Shown: positions 1 to 12,734, counted from the stretch's first letter. The stretch: 64,000 bases of DNA from an uncultured bacterium (GCA_963822585.1 CAWGIE010000033.1:96001-160000); one strand, 5' to 3'. Translations and numbers: made by a program. The notes: a model not told the origin generated them from the letters alone.

Positions 1-153
1 GGCGCCGGTTCCGACTGCCCGGTTCCGGGCGATTACACTCGGGAGGGATGCTCACAGCCGGCCGTCTTCGACGGCGATTCCGGACGCTGGGCGATCCGCG
101 GCGTCTCCCGGCTCTACTTTGGAACTGCTGGCGATATACCGGTAACGAGATGA
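1..153 (+). CDS. 3' end (partial) of a protein with C-terminal FG-GAP/VCBS-like repeat domain
   Basis: Frame 1 reads GAGSDCPVPGDYTREGCSQPAVFDGDSGRWAIRGVSRLYFGTAGDIPVTR*, nearly identical to the C-terminus of the gene ending at 2554. Confidence 0.85.
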   Translation, partial: GAGSDCPVPGDYTREGCSQPAVFDGDSGRWAIRGVSRLYFGTAGDIPVTR

Positions 154-256
154 GTATCGGGTGACTGCATAAGAACAATCACTGCGAACGATACCGACAC
201 CCCGCGATGGTCGAAGACCATTTCGCGGGGCGCCGGCGACGTCCCCGTCACCCGGT
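97..256 (+). repeat. Direct repeat, copy 1 (gene tail + two hairpins + second GAGDVPVTR* tail)
   Basis: Matches ~2498-2657; the ~103 nt after the stop codon differ at one position. Confidence 0.9.
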
Positions 257-500
257 GAATATGACGACGGCCGGATTGACTCGAAAGAGCCACGAGCACT
301 TGATTGCTCTGATTTGTTTTGAAAAGTTATAGAGCACCTGATTTCTCTGATTTGCCCGCAAGAGAAAAATCAGAGTGATCAGGTACTGATATCAAAGGGC
401 GGGGGAAGGGATCTCCCGTTCGTTCAGGAGCAAAATAATGAGCAAAGCCGACGCACTTAATGCTTCTCTGATCTCAGCCCGTCAAAAAAGGATACAACCG

Positions 501-2554
501 ATGAAAAACAAATTTCGATTCATTGCTTTTTGCGCCATTTTCCTGGCACCCGGCTTCATTCGCCCTTCCGGCAGCCGGGGGGCGCTCGGGGATATCGTCC
601 ATCAGATCGGGGTCAGTGGGACCAACTGGGGCGGAGGCGGTATCACCTGGCGTGACGGATATCTCTGGGAAAACGTCCGCAAGAAGCAGTATCTTTACCA
701 AAGAGACCCGGTAACCGGCAAGACCGTATCCACGATCTGGATAAACATCCTGAACGGGGTGGCCGTAGCCTGGGATTCCAAGCGGGGCACCTGGTGGCTG
801 ACCGACCCCTACGACCCCGACAATGCCAGTCCGGGAACAGCCTACGACGATATCCTCCAGTACAAGGCCAACGGAGGCAATTATATCAGCGGCTTCGATC
901 CCAAACTTTACGACAGCGACATTTTTTACGACGCGCAGCTCGACCGGATCTGGATCGGTTCCAACAACCCGCCGGGGAGCGGCTTTTTGGCCAAGTACAC
1001 CGTGGATGGGGCCCGGGACGGGAAGAAGATATATCCCGGGTTCGACGTCCAGGGGATCGCTCGGGCGGGTGATTACCTCTGGGTGGGAAACTTCAGCGAA
1101 GCGCCCCAGGCCGCTTATTACATTTTCCAGATGAAGCTGGACGGCACGCTCACCGGCGTTGCCTTCGGGACGCCGGGGAACGCGGCGGTCGCCGCCCTCA
1201 CCTTCGACGGCACCTACCTCTGGGCGCTTGTCCCCTCGAAGGGCGCCATTTATCAGATCGACATCGGGAACGGCGAGCCGCTTCCTCCCCCTCCGCCTCA
1301 GGCGACGCCGACACCGGACAACTCGTTCACCTACACGATCAATACCCTCTTCGACGACAACGCATTTACCGAACTCATCGACACCGACAACGCGGTTTTC
1401 AACCCGGAAGGATCCATCTCCTACTGGTGCCCGGCCGTCCGGGATGGAGAGGTCACGGGGAGCGTGACGTATCGGATCGAACTTCCCCTCGTTATCGAAA
1501 CCGCCTCTTTGACCGCCGCCGGGGCGGTCTTCTGGGGTGAGGGCGAGCTGACCGTCGAGGTCTCCCCCGACGGCGGATCCTATCACGAGGTCTACACGCT
1601 GGCCCGGGGCGGCGGCGACGCCGTGAGCGATAACCAGGAGCGCGACATCACCGCCTCCGTCGCCGGCAGCTCCACCGTCTACGTCCGGGCCCGGATGCGG
1701 GCCTGGAGTTCCTATTGCTCCCAGTTTCTTCGCAACGGGTCGACGGGAACCCGGTCCTGTCCCTCCGGGGATCGGCATCGGCGCCGGCGCCGCCGGCCGC
1801 CTCCCGGCCGCCCCTGATCGAGTCGGGCGACTATGACGGCGACGGCGCCGCCGAGATCGCCGTCTTCCGGGAGAGCAGCGGGCTCTGGTCGATCCGGGGC
1901 GTCACCCGGGTTTATTTCGGCGCCGCGGGGGACATCCCCGTTTCCGGAGACTATAACGGCGACGGCACCGCCGAGATCGCCCTCTACCGCCCGGGGAACG
2001 GGCTGTGGGCCTTCAACGACGCCGGCCGCGCCTACTTCGGCGGACCGGGGGACATCCCCGTCCCCGGGGACTACAATAACGACGGCCGGTGCGATATCGC
2101 CCTCTTCCGGGAGAGCATGGGGCTGTGGGCGATCCGCGGCGTCAGCCGGGTCTACTTCGGCTGCCCCGGCGACCGGCCGGTCCCGGCGGACTACACCAAG
2201 GACGGGGGGTGCGATATCGCCCTCTTCCGGGATGATCTCGGGCGCTGGGCAATCCGGGGCCACTCCCGGATCTACTTCGGCGCCCCCGGCGACACCTCTG
2301 TCCCGGCCCCGTACTACCCGAACGTCAACCGTTCACTCTGCGCCGTCTTTCGGGCAAGCACCGGTCTCTGGTCGATCCGCGGCGTCTCCCGCTTCTACTT
2401 CGGCGGCGGTTCCGACCGCCCGGTTCCGGGCGACTACACCCGGGCCGGGTGCTCCAGCCGGCCCTCTTCGACGGCAAGTTCCGCCCGCTGGGCCCTCCGC
2501 GGCGTCTCCCGGTTCTACTTTGGATCTGCTGGCGACATACCGGTCACGAGATGA
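501..2554 (+). CDS. Secreted multidomain protein: beta-propeller-like N-terminus, Pro/Thr linker, beta-rich domain, C-terminal FG-GAP-like repeats (frameshifted ~1740-1800)
   Basis: ORFs 438-1817 and 1715-2554 join; signal-like MKNKFRFIAFCAIFLA; PPPPPQATPTP linker; repeated GDY.gDG..dIAlFR..GLWaIRG.sR.YFG..GD.PV units. Confidence 0.75.
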
Positions 2555-2657
2555 GTATCGGGTGATTGCATAAGAACAATCACTGCGAACGATACCGACA
2601 CCCCGCGATGGTCGAAGACCATTTCGCGGGGCGCCGGCGACGTCCCCGTCACCCGGT
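2498..2657 (+). repeat. Direct repeat, copy 2
   Basis: See 97-256. Confidence 0.9.
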
Positions 2658-2751
2658 AAACTCGGGATGCAATCCTGGTCGCCGCCTTTACTTCCCTGCT
2701 CATCCTAATACCCGATTGGAAACATTATCTCAGGGGGATCAAAACGGTTTA

Positions 2752-2845
2752 AACCACGAAGAACACGAAGAGCACGAAGTTTTTACTAAAATGGGGAACA
2801 AAACCCTATTTCCCCTCAATCATCCTTCGTGACCTTCGTGGTGAA
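2752..2845. repeat. Inverted 9-mer micro-repeat element (CACGAAG class)
   Basis: ACCACGAAGAACACGAAGAGCACGAAG ... CTTCGTGACCTTCGTGGT. Confidence 0.85.
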
Positions 2846-3010
2846 TATCATCCGTGTTTGAGCTACGGTTTCTGCGATAATTTAGAGTAAGATATTTATT
2901 GGTGCTCTTAGCGGCGGACAGAGGTATACTGTTCAGGCTGATAATGCCGCCTGCTCCGGCAGGGCGACCGGAAAAGGAAAAACAGTAATCCCGGCGTGTT
3001 TTGCTCTTCG

Positions 3011-4835
3011 ATGAAAAAATTTTCCCGCAGCTATTATTTTTACGCTACTTTCGGGCTTATCCTCCTCGTCCACCTCTATGGAGTGTTTATTTTCCTCCCC
3101 CCGGCGAGGGAGCTTTGGGACAATTTCCCGATCATCAACAGCGATTACCTCCTGCACTATTACCAGGCGGATACGGCCCGGCATTTTATACGGATTTCCG
3201 GCCGCACCTGGGGTTACGATCCCCATCTGATGGCCGGATATCCGGCCAATACCATCTATGACATCGGGTATAAACTCTGCGAACTCTTCGTCGCGCTTTT
3301 TTCGTTTCTCGGAACCGGGCGGGCGTACAGCCTCTTTATCTTTCTCACTTTCATCATCCCTCCCCTCCTCATTTACGGGGCGGGGCGGAAATTCGATCTC
3401 TCCCCCCCGCAATCGCTGACCGCGGCGCTCCTGGCCGTCATTTTCTGGCACCTGGACCATAACATGAACGGGATCAGCTCCCCGCTGGAAGGGCTGCTGG
3501 GATGGGGGATGTTCACTTTCGCCTTCGGCTGTTTCCTCTCCGTCTTCGTGATCGCCGTCTTTTATCGCTATTCCCGCGAGGGAAGAAAAGGCGACCTGGC
3601 CCTCCTCTTCATCTGCGGACCGCTCCTACCACTGCTCCACCTTTTTTCGGTTCCGATCGTCGCCCTCCCGATCGCGGTCATCTTTCTCTGTTACCTCCGC
3701 CGGAGACCGCGGAAATACCCGGTCATCTTTCTGCTCTGGATCTTCTGGATACTGGCCTGCAACATCTTCTGGGTTATCCCCTTCCTTTCTTTCCACCATT
3801 ACATCCGCCGGTTCGAGGTCGGACCGATCCGCTTCGAGACCATCAGGAACTTCTTCATCTTCCGGGGGGGGCTTCGCCCCCTCTCCCTCTGGCTCTTCTT
3901 CGGGCTCCTGGGAACCCTGGGCTGGAGAAAAGACCGGAAAGGTCTCATGCTCGCCTACCTGGCCGTCATCGTGTGCTTCCTCTTCGTCTCTTTTCCGGGC
4001 AGCCTGGTTTTCCCTTTTCTCGACGCCCTGGAACCGGGCCGTTTCATCATCGCGCTCAAATGCCTCCTGATCATCCCCGCCGCCGTCGCCCTGACCAGGG
4101 CGGCGTCCATCATGCGCAGCCGCCTCCTCGCCTTCTTCATCTTCCTGCTCGTCCTGGTCGCGATGATTGTCTTCATGCCGCTCACCGGGCGGCTCTCGGC
4201 CCGGCTGCCGGAAAAAGCCGATCAATTGATCGCTTTTCTCCGCGAAAATACCAACCCTCGGGAGGATACTGGTCCAGGGATCCGATGCCCGCCATCCGGG
4301 GATGTGGTTCGGCACCCACGTCCTCTTCTTTCCCCTCTACATGCCGATCGAGCAGATCGGGGGACCGCCGGGGAGAGTCCCCCTCAAGCACCATTTCGCG
4401 GAATTCCAGTACGATTATCTTTTTGAACGGCAACTCTCCCGGCTAACACCGGAGGAGGCAAGCGGCTACCTCGATCTTTACAACATCAAATGGATCGTCG
4501 TCTGGTCTGACGGGGCGAGCGCTTACTTCAAGGGCCTGCCGGAACTGGTCGAAATGATCGGCAAGGTGGGGTATGGCGGCCGGAAATTCTATATCTTCCA
4601 GGCACGACGGGATCCCTCCTTCTTCATCCGGGGATCGGGCAGCATCAAGGCGGATTACGACCGGATCGAGATCGACAACCCCTCTTCCGGGGAGATCGTG
4701 ATCAAATATCATTGGCTGGAGACTCTGAAGACGGAGCCGAAGGTGGAGATGGAGCCGGTGATGATGCGGGACGACCCGATACCGTTTATTAAATTAAATA
4801 ACCCAGGGTATGATAGGATAACGATATCTAATTAA
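3011..4835 (+). CDS. Polytopic membrane protein, GT-C/YfhO-like glycosyltransferase (frameshift ~4260)
   Basis: ORFs 2996-4426 and 4302-4835; multiple TM helices; 'D..LHYY...WGYDP..MAGYP' loop; soluble C-terminal domain 'LDLYNIKWIVVWS'. Confidence 0.65.
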
Positions 4836-4857
4836 GAATTTACGTTTTTGGCGCAAC

Positions 4858-5049
4858 TAATGACGAATGACGAATAAAATCCAAATGACAAATGAACAAA
4901 TTTCCCATTTTCTTTCTGCGGCGCGGCGCGGGCAAGGGGGGCGCATCTGGGCATCCGCCTTCGCGAGAGCGCCGAAGCCCTTCGGCGGAGGCGCTTTGAT
5001 ATTCGTTTTTCGTCATTCTTTCGTCATTCGTCATTAGGATTTCGTCATT
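4858..5049. repeat. Inverted 7-mer micro-repeat element (AATGACG class) with internal GC-rich hairpin
   Basis: AATGACGAATGACGAATAAAATCCAAATGACAAATG ... TTCGTCATTCTTTCGTCATTCGTCATTAGGATTTCGTCATT; internal GCCGAAGCCCTTCGGC. Confidence 0.85.
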
Positions 5050-5142
5050 CATGTTGTTTCTCCTAATCTATTCAAATTCCGAAGAAGGAAAATAGCCCAC
5101 ACTTTTCACAGACGTAGTGGATTTACAGGTGCATCCCTTCCC

Positions 5143-6452
5143 ATGACCGAAACCAGCATTGGAAAAAAAATATTCTTCACCGTCATCACCGTTCTTCTCG
5201 CCGGGCTGCTGCTGGAAGGCGCCGCTTTCCTTCTCTCCTCTATCCTGACCGGGAAACCCCTCTCCCCGGCCCGCTGCCAGGCGGAGAGACGGCAGCTGAT
5301 CGGCACCGGCGCGCCGGGTGCGGGAGAGGGAGAAACCGCCGGGGCGGGGGCCGGGTACGAGCCGGGGCATTTCTACGAGGTGATCCATCCCTACCTGGGA
5401 TACGTCCGCGATCCCACCCGGATGCCCGATCATAACGAGTACGGCTTCCCCGGGAAGGAGAGCCCGATCGAGAAAAGATCGCCCGGGCGCCTGATTATCG
5501 GTATCTTCGGGGGGTCCTTCGCGGAAGACCTGGCCCGGGAGGGGGGAGACCACTGGTCGGCGTTTTGGGAGCTTCCCCTCTCTGCTCCGGCCGGGAGATC
5601 GTCATCCGCCCGATCGCCATCGGCGGATACAAGCAGCCCCAGCAGCTGCTCGCTCTCGCCTACCTTCTCTCCCTGGGGGCGGAATTCGACATCGTCATCG
5701 CCATCGACGGCTTCAACGAGGTCGTCCTCACCCGGCATGAGAACCTGCCGAAAGGCATTTTCCCTTTCTTCCCCCGCGGCTGGTACGCCTGGGCGGGGGG
5801 GAACGGCCAATCCCGCGCTGTTACAATATGCTGGACGGATCGCTCTGCTCGATGAAGCGCGGCGGCGGCGGGCCGTTCTCTTCTCCGCGATCCCCCTCCG
5901 CTACAGCCCCCTGGCCAACACACTCTGGAAATACCTGGACAACCGGACCGCGAGGAAGAAAAGAATGCTGGAGACCGATCTCCAGGAATATGAAATCGGG
6001 AGAGAGGAGGAGCCGGGCTACGCCGTCACCGGGCCCCGGTTCCGTTCCCGAAATAAATATCGGGCGTTCGCCGAAGTCTGGAAGAACGCCAGTCTCCAGA
6101 TGGATAAACTCTGCCGGGCCAACGGGATCATGTATCTGCATTTCCTCCAGCCCAATCAGCACCTTCCCGGTTCCAAGCCCATCGGGCCGGAAGAGGCAAA
6201 AGCGGCGCTCCAGGGGGCCCATACGGTTACCGGGAGGCGGTCAGGAAAGGCTACCCATACCTCATCCGGGCGGGAGAGGAGATGAAAAGCCGGGGAGTCG
6301 ACTTTCACGATCTGACAATGATCTTCCGGGACCACCCGGAACCTCTCTACATCGACAACTGCTGTCATGTCAGTGAAGAAGGGTACTCCCTGGTCGCGGA
6401 GAAGATCGGGGAAGCCATTATCGAGCGGCAGGAGCGGGACGGCGGCCGGTGA
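5143..6452 (+). CDS. Membrane-anchored SGNH-hydrolase-like protein (several frameshifts)
   Basis: Fragments give an N-terminal TM and the motifs HPYLGY, IGIFGGSFA, GGYKQPQQL, DGFNE, LQPNQ and YIDNCCH. Confidence 0.6.
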
Positions 6453-7720
6453 AGCACCCAGTCCTGAAGACAGCAGGTCACCCTTTTCCTTTCGCTGCTG
6501 ATCGGCCTGGTCATCTGCGAACTCGTCACCCGGATCGTCACCCGGACCGATGCGGACGGACAGGTCTATTTCCGGGGGGAACCCCTGCTTCCCTACCGGA
6601 TCCCGGAGAAACGGATCCGGGAGATACTGGACTACCAGGCAAGCCGGCCCGACCCCTACCTGATCCCCGATCCGGTCCTGGGCTGGACCATCGCTCCCCA
6701 CGGAGCGGTCGAGTCCGGCATCTACCGGGCGGATTCCCAGGGGATCCGTTCCGATCCCCGGGAATATGAACTCATCCCGCCTGAGGGAACGCTCCGGATC
6801 GCCCTCTTCGGCGATTCATTCACCCATGGCGACGAAGAGCCCTACCCCCAAACCTGGGGAAAACTCCTGGAAGACGAGCTGCGGAGAAGGGGTATCCGGG
6901 CGGAAGTTCTCAATTTCGGCGTCCCCGCCTATGGTCTCGGCCAGGCCTACCTGCGCTGGAACCGTCTGGGTCGCCGTTTCTCCCCCCTGATCGCGGTTTT
7001 GGGCTTCCAGGTGAGAACATCAAGCGAACGCTCAATATCTTCCGCTTACTCTACAGCTCTTCATCCGGCCTTCCCTTCAGCAAGCCCCGCTTCACCCTCG
7101 ACAACGAGGGGAATCTCCGTCCTGTCAACTCACCGACCATCCCCCCGGAAGAAGTGTTGTCCACCCTGAAAAATTTCAACTCCCACCCCCTGGAAAAATA
7201 CGAGTACTGGTACAACCCCAAAGCCTATTCCAGCTCCCTCTGGACGGAGAGCCGCTTTCTCCGGCTTCTCTACACCTTCCTTTTCCGGGGGAAGAGGAAC
7301 CGGAAAGAGGGGCCCGGCTGGCTCGCTCCGGCAGGGGAAGGCCCCTGGGTCACCCTCGCTCTGATCAGGAAGTTCGCCCAGGAGGTCCGGGGTTCGGGCG
7401 GGATCCCGATCCTGCTCCACACCCCGGCCCGGCAACAGGTAAACTCAATGAAACCCGGAGAGGATCCGTTCTATTACTTTATCCTCCGCCAAGCGGAAGA
7501 GGACGGGATCCGGGTCGTGGACCCGGCCCCGGAGATGCGGGGGAAGTCACGCCTTTTCAAAAAACGCGGCCATTACTCAAGCCGGGGGGGGAAGATCGTG
7601 GCCCGGGTTCTGGCGGACGCCATCGTCGGGGTCATAGCGGAGCAGCCTGATCTTTCGGCCGCCGAATTCACACTCCTTGACCAGGGAGAAGCCGGGGGGA
7701 AGCTCGGAAGCGGTCAGTAA
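6449..7720 (+). CDS. SGNH/GDSL hydrolase family protein (frameshifted)
   Basis: PDPVLGW, RIALFGDSFTHGD, NFGVPAYGLGQAYL and C-terminal GHYSSRG across frames; paralogous to 17762-18832. Confidence 0.7.
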
Positions 7721-9235
7721 AAACCGCAGGTCCGGGTGGATCATGTATAGCTTATAGTCGTCGATGATGATGTATCTGATCCCCCATTTTTCGAGGTAAC
7801 GCCGGAGCCCGGGGAGTTCCCCCCAGTAAAAGACGTTCCACCGGCAGCCGGCGTAGTGGCTTACCCCCATCCGGAACATCATGACGTTCTCGTTCTCGAT
7901 CCCCGCTATATTGCTCTTCATCCAGTCCCCCATGATCTTATACTCGTAGGGGATGCCCACCTTCTTCCATTTCCGCATGATGACCTCCCCCGAGCCGAGC
8001 AGCATGCCGGCCACGATGACGCCGATCAGCAGATAATAGCCCCCCGCAGAATCCGGGCGCCGGAGAAAGGGGGACGCTCCTCTCTCCCGGCGAGGACCCG
8101 GGCAAACACGATCAGCGCCAGCGGGATGTACGGATAGAAATAGCGGTGCTCGATCGTCACCACGACGAAGACCAGGGCGGGGGTGAACAGCGGAGCAGGA
8201 ACAAACCGGAAAGGAATTCCCGGCGGCGGCGGAAAATATGGAGGAAAAAAAAGATAAAACCGACCACGACCGCGCCCAGTATCATCGCCAGCAGCCGGAC
8301 ATTCATCCCCAGGTAAAAGGCGGTCTTTCCGATCTCGTGGTAGCCGTCCTCCAGGTTGTACCGGACGATCTCCATGAACTCGAAGGGGTGAAAAGAGCCA
8401 TCCTGAACATCCCCATTCCCTCTCTTCGTTCCCCGGAGACCTCCGGGTGAAAAATCGACTCCATGTGACGGAAGATGATCTCCGACTCGGTCGTGCCCCG
8501 GGCCTGCTCCAGCTTCATGCTCAAATCCTGGAAATGGCTGCTTCCGCTCACCTGCCAGGTCCCCGTCACCCGGTGGATGAAAATCCAGTAGGGAAGGCAG
8601 ACCAGGCTGAAAGCGAGGGCGAAAACGGCCGCCCGGAATATAAAGGCGCCCCCGGCAATCCGGAGGCGGGAAAACTTCCCAGAGGAAGAAAAGGAGCAGG
8701 AGTGGGAGAAATGCCAGGCCGGAGGGGTGCGTCAGAAAGGAGAGACCGATCAGCGCCCCCGCGAAGGGTAACCCGATAAAGCGGCGGCGGGAGAATGACC
8801 ACCAGAAAACGGAGATCCCGGCGAGGAGCAGAAAGGTGTAGAGAGACTCGGAGAAAGTTTCCACTGACCCGTAGACAAGGAGGGGAAAGATGGCGGTGAA
8901 GAGTGCGGCATACCGGGCAGTCCGGGTTCCGTAGAGGTCCCGGGCCAAAATATACACCGGGATGACCAGAGCGGACCCGGCCAGGACCGAAACCAGATGC
9001 CCGGCGGCCACCAGGTCGCCGGTCAGCTGCCAGGCGAGGCCGGTCATGATCGGATAGAAGGGGGGATGGATGACGTGGGGGACGCCGAACTCGGTCAGCC
9101 CGCGGCCGGTAAAAAGGTTTCGGGCCAGGAGCAGGTCACGGTGTCGCTTCCGCCCCCGGAGTCGATAAAACGAAAGGTGAAGAAAGAGACCAGCCGGAGC
9201 AGGAGCGCGACCGTTATGAAAAGGAGCAGATACAT
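7577..9235 (-). CDS. GT39/PMT-like (ArnT-like) membrane glycosyltransferase (frameshifted)
   Basis: HPPFYP, SVLAGSALVIPVY, SESLYTFL; C-terminal YIIIDD...LRFLL domain; paralogous to 10543-12185. Confidence 0.7.
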
Positions 9236-9256
9236 ATATTTTAAATACCGAAAAAT

Positions 9257-10546
9257 TTACAGAGGGACGATCACCGTGAAATAATAATGTATCGCCGCCG
9301 AAAGCACCGGCAGGACGCAGAAAGCCAGAAAATTGAGGCCGATCGAGTAGCCGATCAGCCCCTTCCAGAGCGGTTCCGGCACCCGGCGGCCCCCCCGGGC
9401 GACCAGGATAATCAAGACCGGGAGATAATCCAGGGAGAAGCGCTGGGCGTTGTACTGTCCCGCCCCGTTATTATGATAGAAGAGGGTAACGACCAGGGCC
9501 GCCAGGATAGAGAACCAGGCGGTGAAGAGGTACCGTTTCTCCCAGCGGGCCAAAAGAGAGAAGAAGAGGAAAGGGCTGGCGAAGGTAAGAGAAGTGCCGA
9601 GGGGGTTCATCCCGATCCTCCCCCATTCGCTGATGGAGGGAGGAAAGTCGATCGAGAACCCCTGGAGAAACATGTATACCGCGTTGAAGGGGAGGTAGGC
9701 GGATGAAAGAGGCCAAAGCGGGCCACCCGTTCTTTCAGGTAGCCGGTCATGGGCAGATAGGCGTATCCGGTATCGAAGAGGCTCCCGAAACGGGCCCCGT
9801 TAAAGGCCAGGTAAACGGCCACGCAGACGCCGAGAGTGATCAGGAAGCCGGCCAGGCGGCGGAGCGTGTCCCGCGGGGAGCGGTAGCCCTCCCGGTCCCG
9901 CAGGAGAAGAATAAAGAAGGGCGCGGAGAGGATCGTGAGCTGCCGGGAGAGGAAGGCAATCCCCAGGAAGAGCCCGGTCAGGGCGGCCCGGCCCCGGCCC
10001 AGAGCCTCGTTCAGAGCCAGCAGCAATCCGGTAACGGAAACAATGTGCGCAAATGCCATATTCCGTAACCATCCGGACCGCGGACCAGTAGGCGGTACCC
10101 AGAAAGAAGGCGGCCGCCACCCAGGGGATTTTCTCCGGCTCGATCCCGGCTTTCTTCAAAATGCCCCTGAGCAAAGGATAGTTAAGAACGGTCAAAAGGA
10201 GACTGACGGCCACCACCCAGGTGCCGCCCACACCCGCGACCGCGACTACCGGCACCAGGATGACGGCCGGGAAAGGCGGGAAAGGGACAAAATAGCGTCC
10301 CTGGAATACGGAGCAATCGTGATAGTAACGAACGAGATCCAGGCGGCCCTGCAGGAAGGCGGCGGCCTGGTGAACGGCCAGATTGCGCTCCCCGGATTTG
10401 GTGAGGACCGGAACCAGGCTGGCCAGAAAAGATAACCCCAGGATGAGAGCCCAGAGCAGCGCCGGCCTCGATATCTCCCTTATTCCTTTCATGATCTGTG
10501 CCTTACTCGAAAAGGTATACGCAGCTTCTTCCCGAAAGGGTATCAA
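9257..10546 (-). CDS. Membrane GT-C-like protein (frameshifted)
   Basis: ORFs 9800-10546, 9607-10059 and 9257-9673 join; QAAAFLQGRLDL, YFVPFPPFPA, FNGARFGSLFDTGY, QRFSLDYLP. Confidence 0.6.
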
Positions 10547-12185
10547 AATCTAAACCGATAGAGTACCGTCCTGCGGCCCCGGTAATCGATCTCGTGTACC
10601 CGCTCCAACTCCTTCGGCGGGGGAGCGTCTTTTAGCAAAAAGGCCAGTTCGGGGCGGGCCCAGGGGATGGTCCACTCATCGATGACCAGGTATTTTCCTC
10701 CGGAACGGCGGGCGTCTTCAAGCATTTTCTCATAGCTCCCCGGATAGGGGAGAGCGTGGGGAGAACCCGTGTAGAAGGGCACCCCCATCTTCCGGCTGAT
10801 GATCATCTCACCGGAGACGCCGGGGATGTTCTCCCGTCATCCATTCCCCCAGCAGCTTGTATTCATAAGGGACGGTGTTTATCTTCCGGGGTATCAGGTA
10901 GACGGTAGCCGCCAGCGACACGGCGGCCAGAATAACGGCGACCGCGGTCGCCGACCTCCGCTGAAGGCGGGAGAAGCTTCCCCCCTTATCCGGGGGAAGG
11001 GCCCGGCGAACGAGATAGGCCCCCAGACAGACGACCGCGAGCGGGATATAGGTATAATAATAGCGCATGTCGATTCCGGAGAGGGCCAGATACTGAAGAG
11101 TGCTGGCAAAGACGAGAAGCAGGAAGGTGTCCCGGAACCGCCATTCTCTTCCTGACGACCTTCCTGATCAGCGCCAGCAGCACCGCCAGCAGAGCGGCGA
11201 CCACCACCCCGTCGACCGGGAGACGGGGAAGGCCCAGTTTCCGGATCTGAGGGCTGCTTCCCCAGGTCGATGAAGGAAAGAAGGGTTCTTGAAGAACCCC
11301 CGGATGATCTTCGCCCAGGTGCTCACGGAGAAAGCCCCCCATGCCCCCCCCCCGCGATCCAATCCCGCAAGGCCTGATCCCGGTAGGTATAGAGAGAAAA
11401 ACTCACCTCCTCCCAGGATCTTCCCCGAAGTATCCCTCAAAAGTAAACGGCCCCCGCCCGTTCGTCGTCCAGTGACCCAGGTGGCGGCGCAGGAAGATCC
11501 AGTAGGGAAAGGAGACGATGGCGAAGCCGGCCGCCAACCCCGCCCAGCCGGCGGCGATGCTGCCGATCCCTTTCTTCTCCCGGGCCTTCCCGGCCAGTAA
11601 AGGCAGGACCGCGGCCAGGGGGAGAAGGAAGATCGCTTCCGGCCGCGCCTGGTAGGCGAGGCTGACGCCTGCTCCCGTCGCCAGGCCGAGCAGGAAGCGG
11701 GCCGGATGGCAGAGCGATAGATCAGGCAAAGGCTGAAGATGAAGAGAGTCGTGTAGAGAGAGACGACCCGGATCTCGGTGGAGCTGTAAATGAAGGGAGG
11801 AAGGACCGCGGTAAGTAATGCCGCGTAGAGCCCGGTTCTCTCATTGAAAAGGATCTTCCCCGCCCAGAAGACCGGCAAGACCAGGAGCGCCCCGAATATG
11901 ACCGAGACCAGCTGGCCCCCTAACTCAAGATTTCCGGTTATCTCCCAGAATAACCCCGCCAGAACCGGGAAAGGGCGAGTGAATGGTCTGAGGGCGATCC
12001 TGGAAGACAAGCCCCTCGCCGGAAAAAAGGTTCTTCCCGCTCGCCGCCATCACCACCCCGTCGATGCCCCCGTCCGCGCCCACGAAACGGTAACAGCTCA
12101 GGGCCCAGATCCGCAGCCCGAGCGCGAGCAGGAAGATCACGATAAGAAGCGGCCTTATCCGTTTTTTGTTTATTTTCTTATCCAT
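10543..12185 (-). CDS. GT39/PMT-like membrane glycosyltransferase (frameshifted)
   Basis: LALGLRIW, SVIFGALLVLPV, ARPEA; C-terminal YLVIDEW...ELAFLL. Confidence 0.7.
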
Positions 12186-12254
12186 CAGGATCCGGGTTCA
12201 TATAATCCCGGAGACATAAATAGTACCGGAAATCTCATTAATCGCCACCATACT

Positions 12255-12430
12255 AAGAACTTAGCCCTCGCGTTGCTCGGGCGATTAAAAATAGTCCCAG
12301 ATGGATTCGACTCCGCTCACCACAAGTTTACACAGATGAACACAGATTACATTCCCTCTACCTCATCCCCTTTAATAAACCACGAATCACACGAATCTGC
12401 ACAAATTCCCTATCCCCCGGCCTCTTTGAT
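12255..12430. repeat. Composite intergenic repeat (REP-like hairpins + 9-mer arms)
   Basis: AGAACTTAGCCCTCGCG...GCTCGGGCGA is shared with 28694-28745; ATGGATTCGACTCCGCTCACCACAAGTTTACACAGAT is an inverted near-copy of 54506-54542. Confidence 0.8.
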
Positions 12431-12734
12431 TAACAGACGATTGTCGTAGATCCGGCAGTTTTTGACGGGATGTGATTGAATAGGATAAATACTCTATTTT
12501 ATAATCGATCTGATGGAATTTTTCACCGGACCGCACAAAATCAAATTTTATTGTGAGCCGGAGGCTCATCCCGATGGCTATCGGGGAAATTCGAAGCAAT
12601 AAATTAGCGCCTTCGGGGTGACTTTCGCCACTAAGAAAAACAAATAGGGCAAAGATGTTAACCTTTCGCCTCCTCTCTTCTTGGTGCCTTGGTGACTTGG
12701 TGGCTATTAATTATTGAAATGACGAAATAGAGAT

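Noticed and set aside
97..2657. Diversity-generating retroelement TR/VR pair or integron attC sites
   Set aside because: No reverse transcriptase or integrase in the window, differences are not adenine-specific, and no RYYYAAC/GTTRRRY boxes were found.
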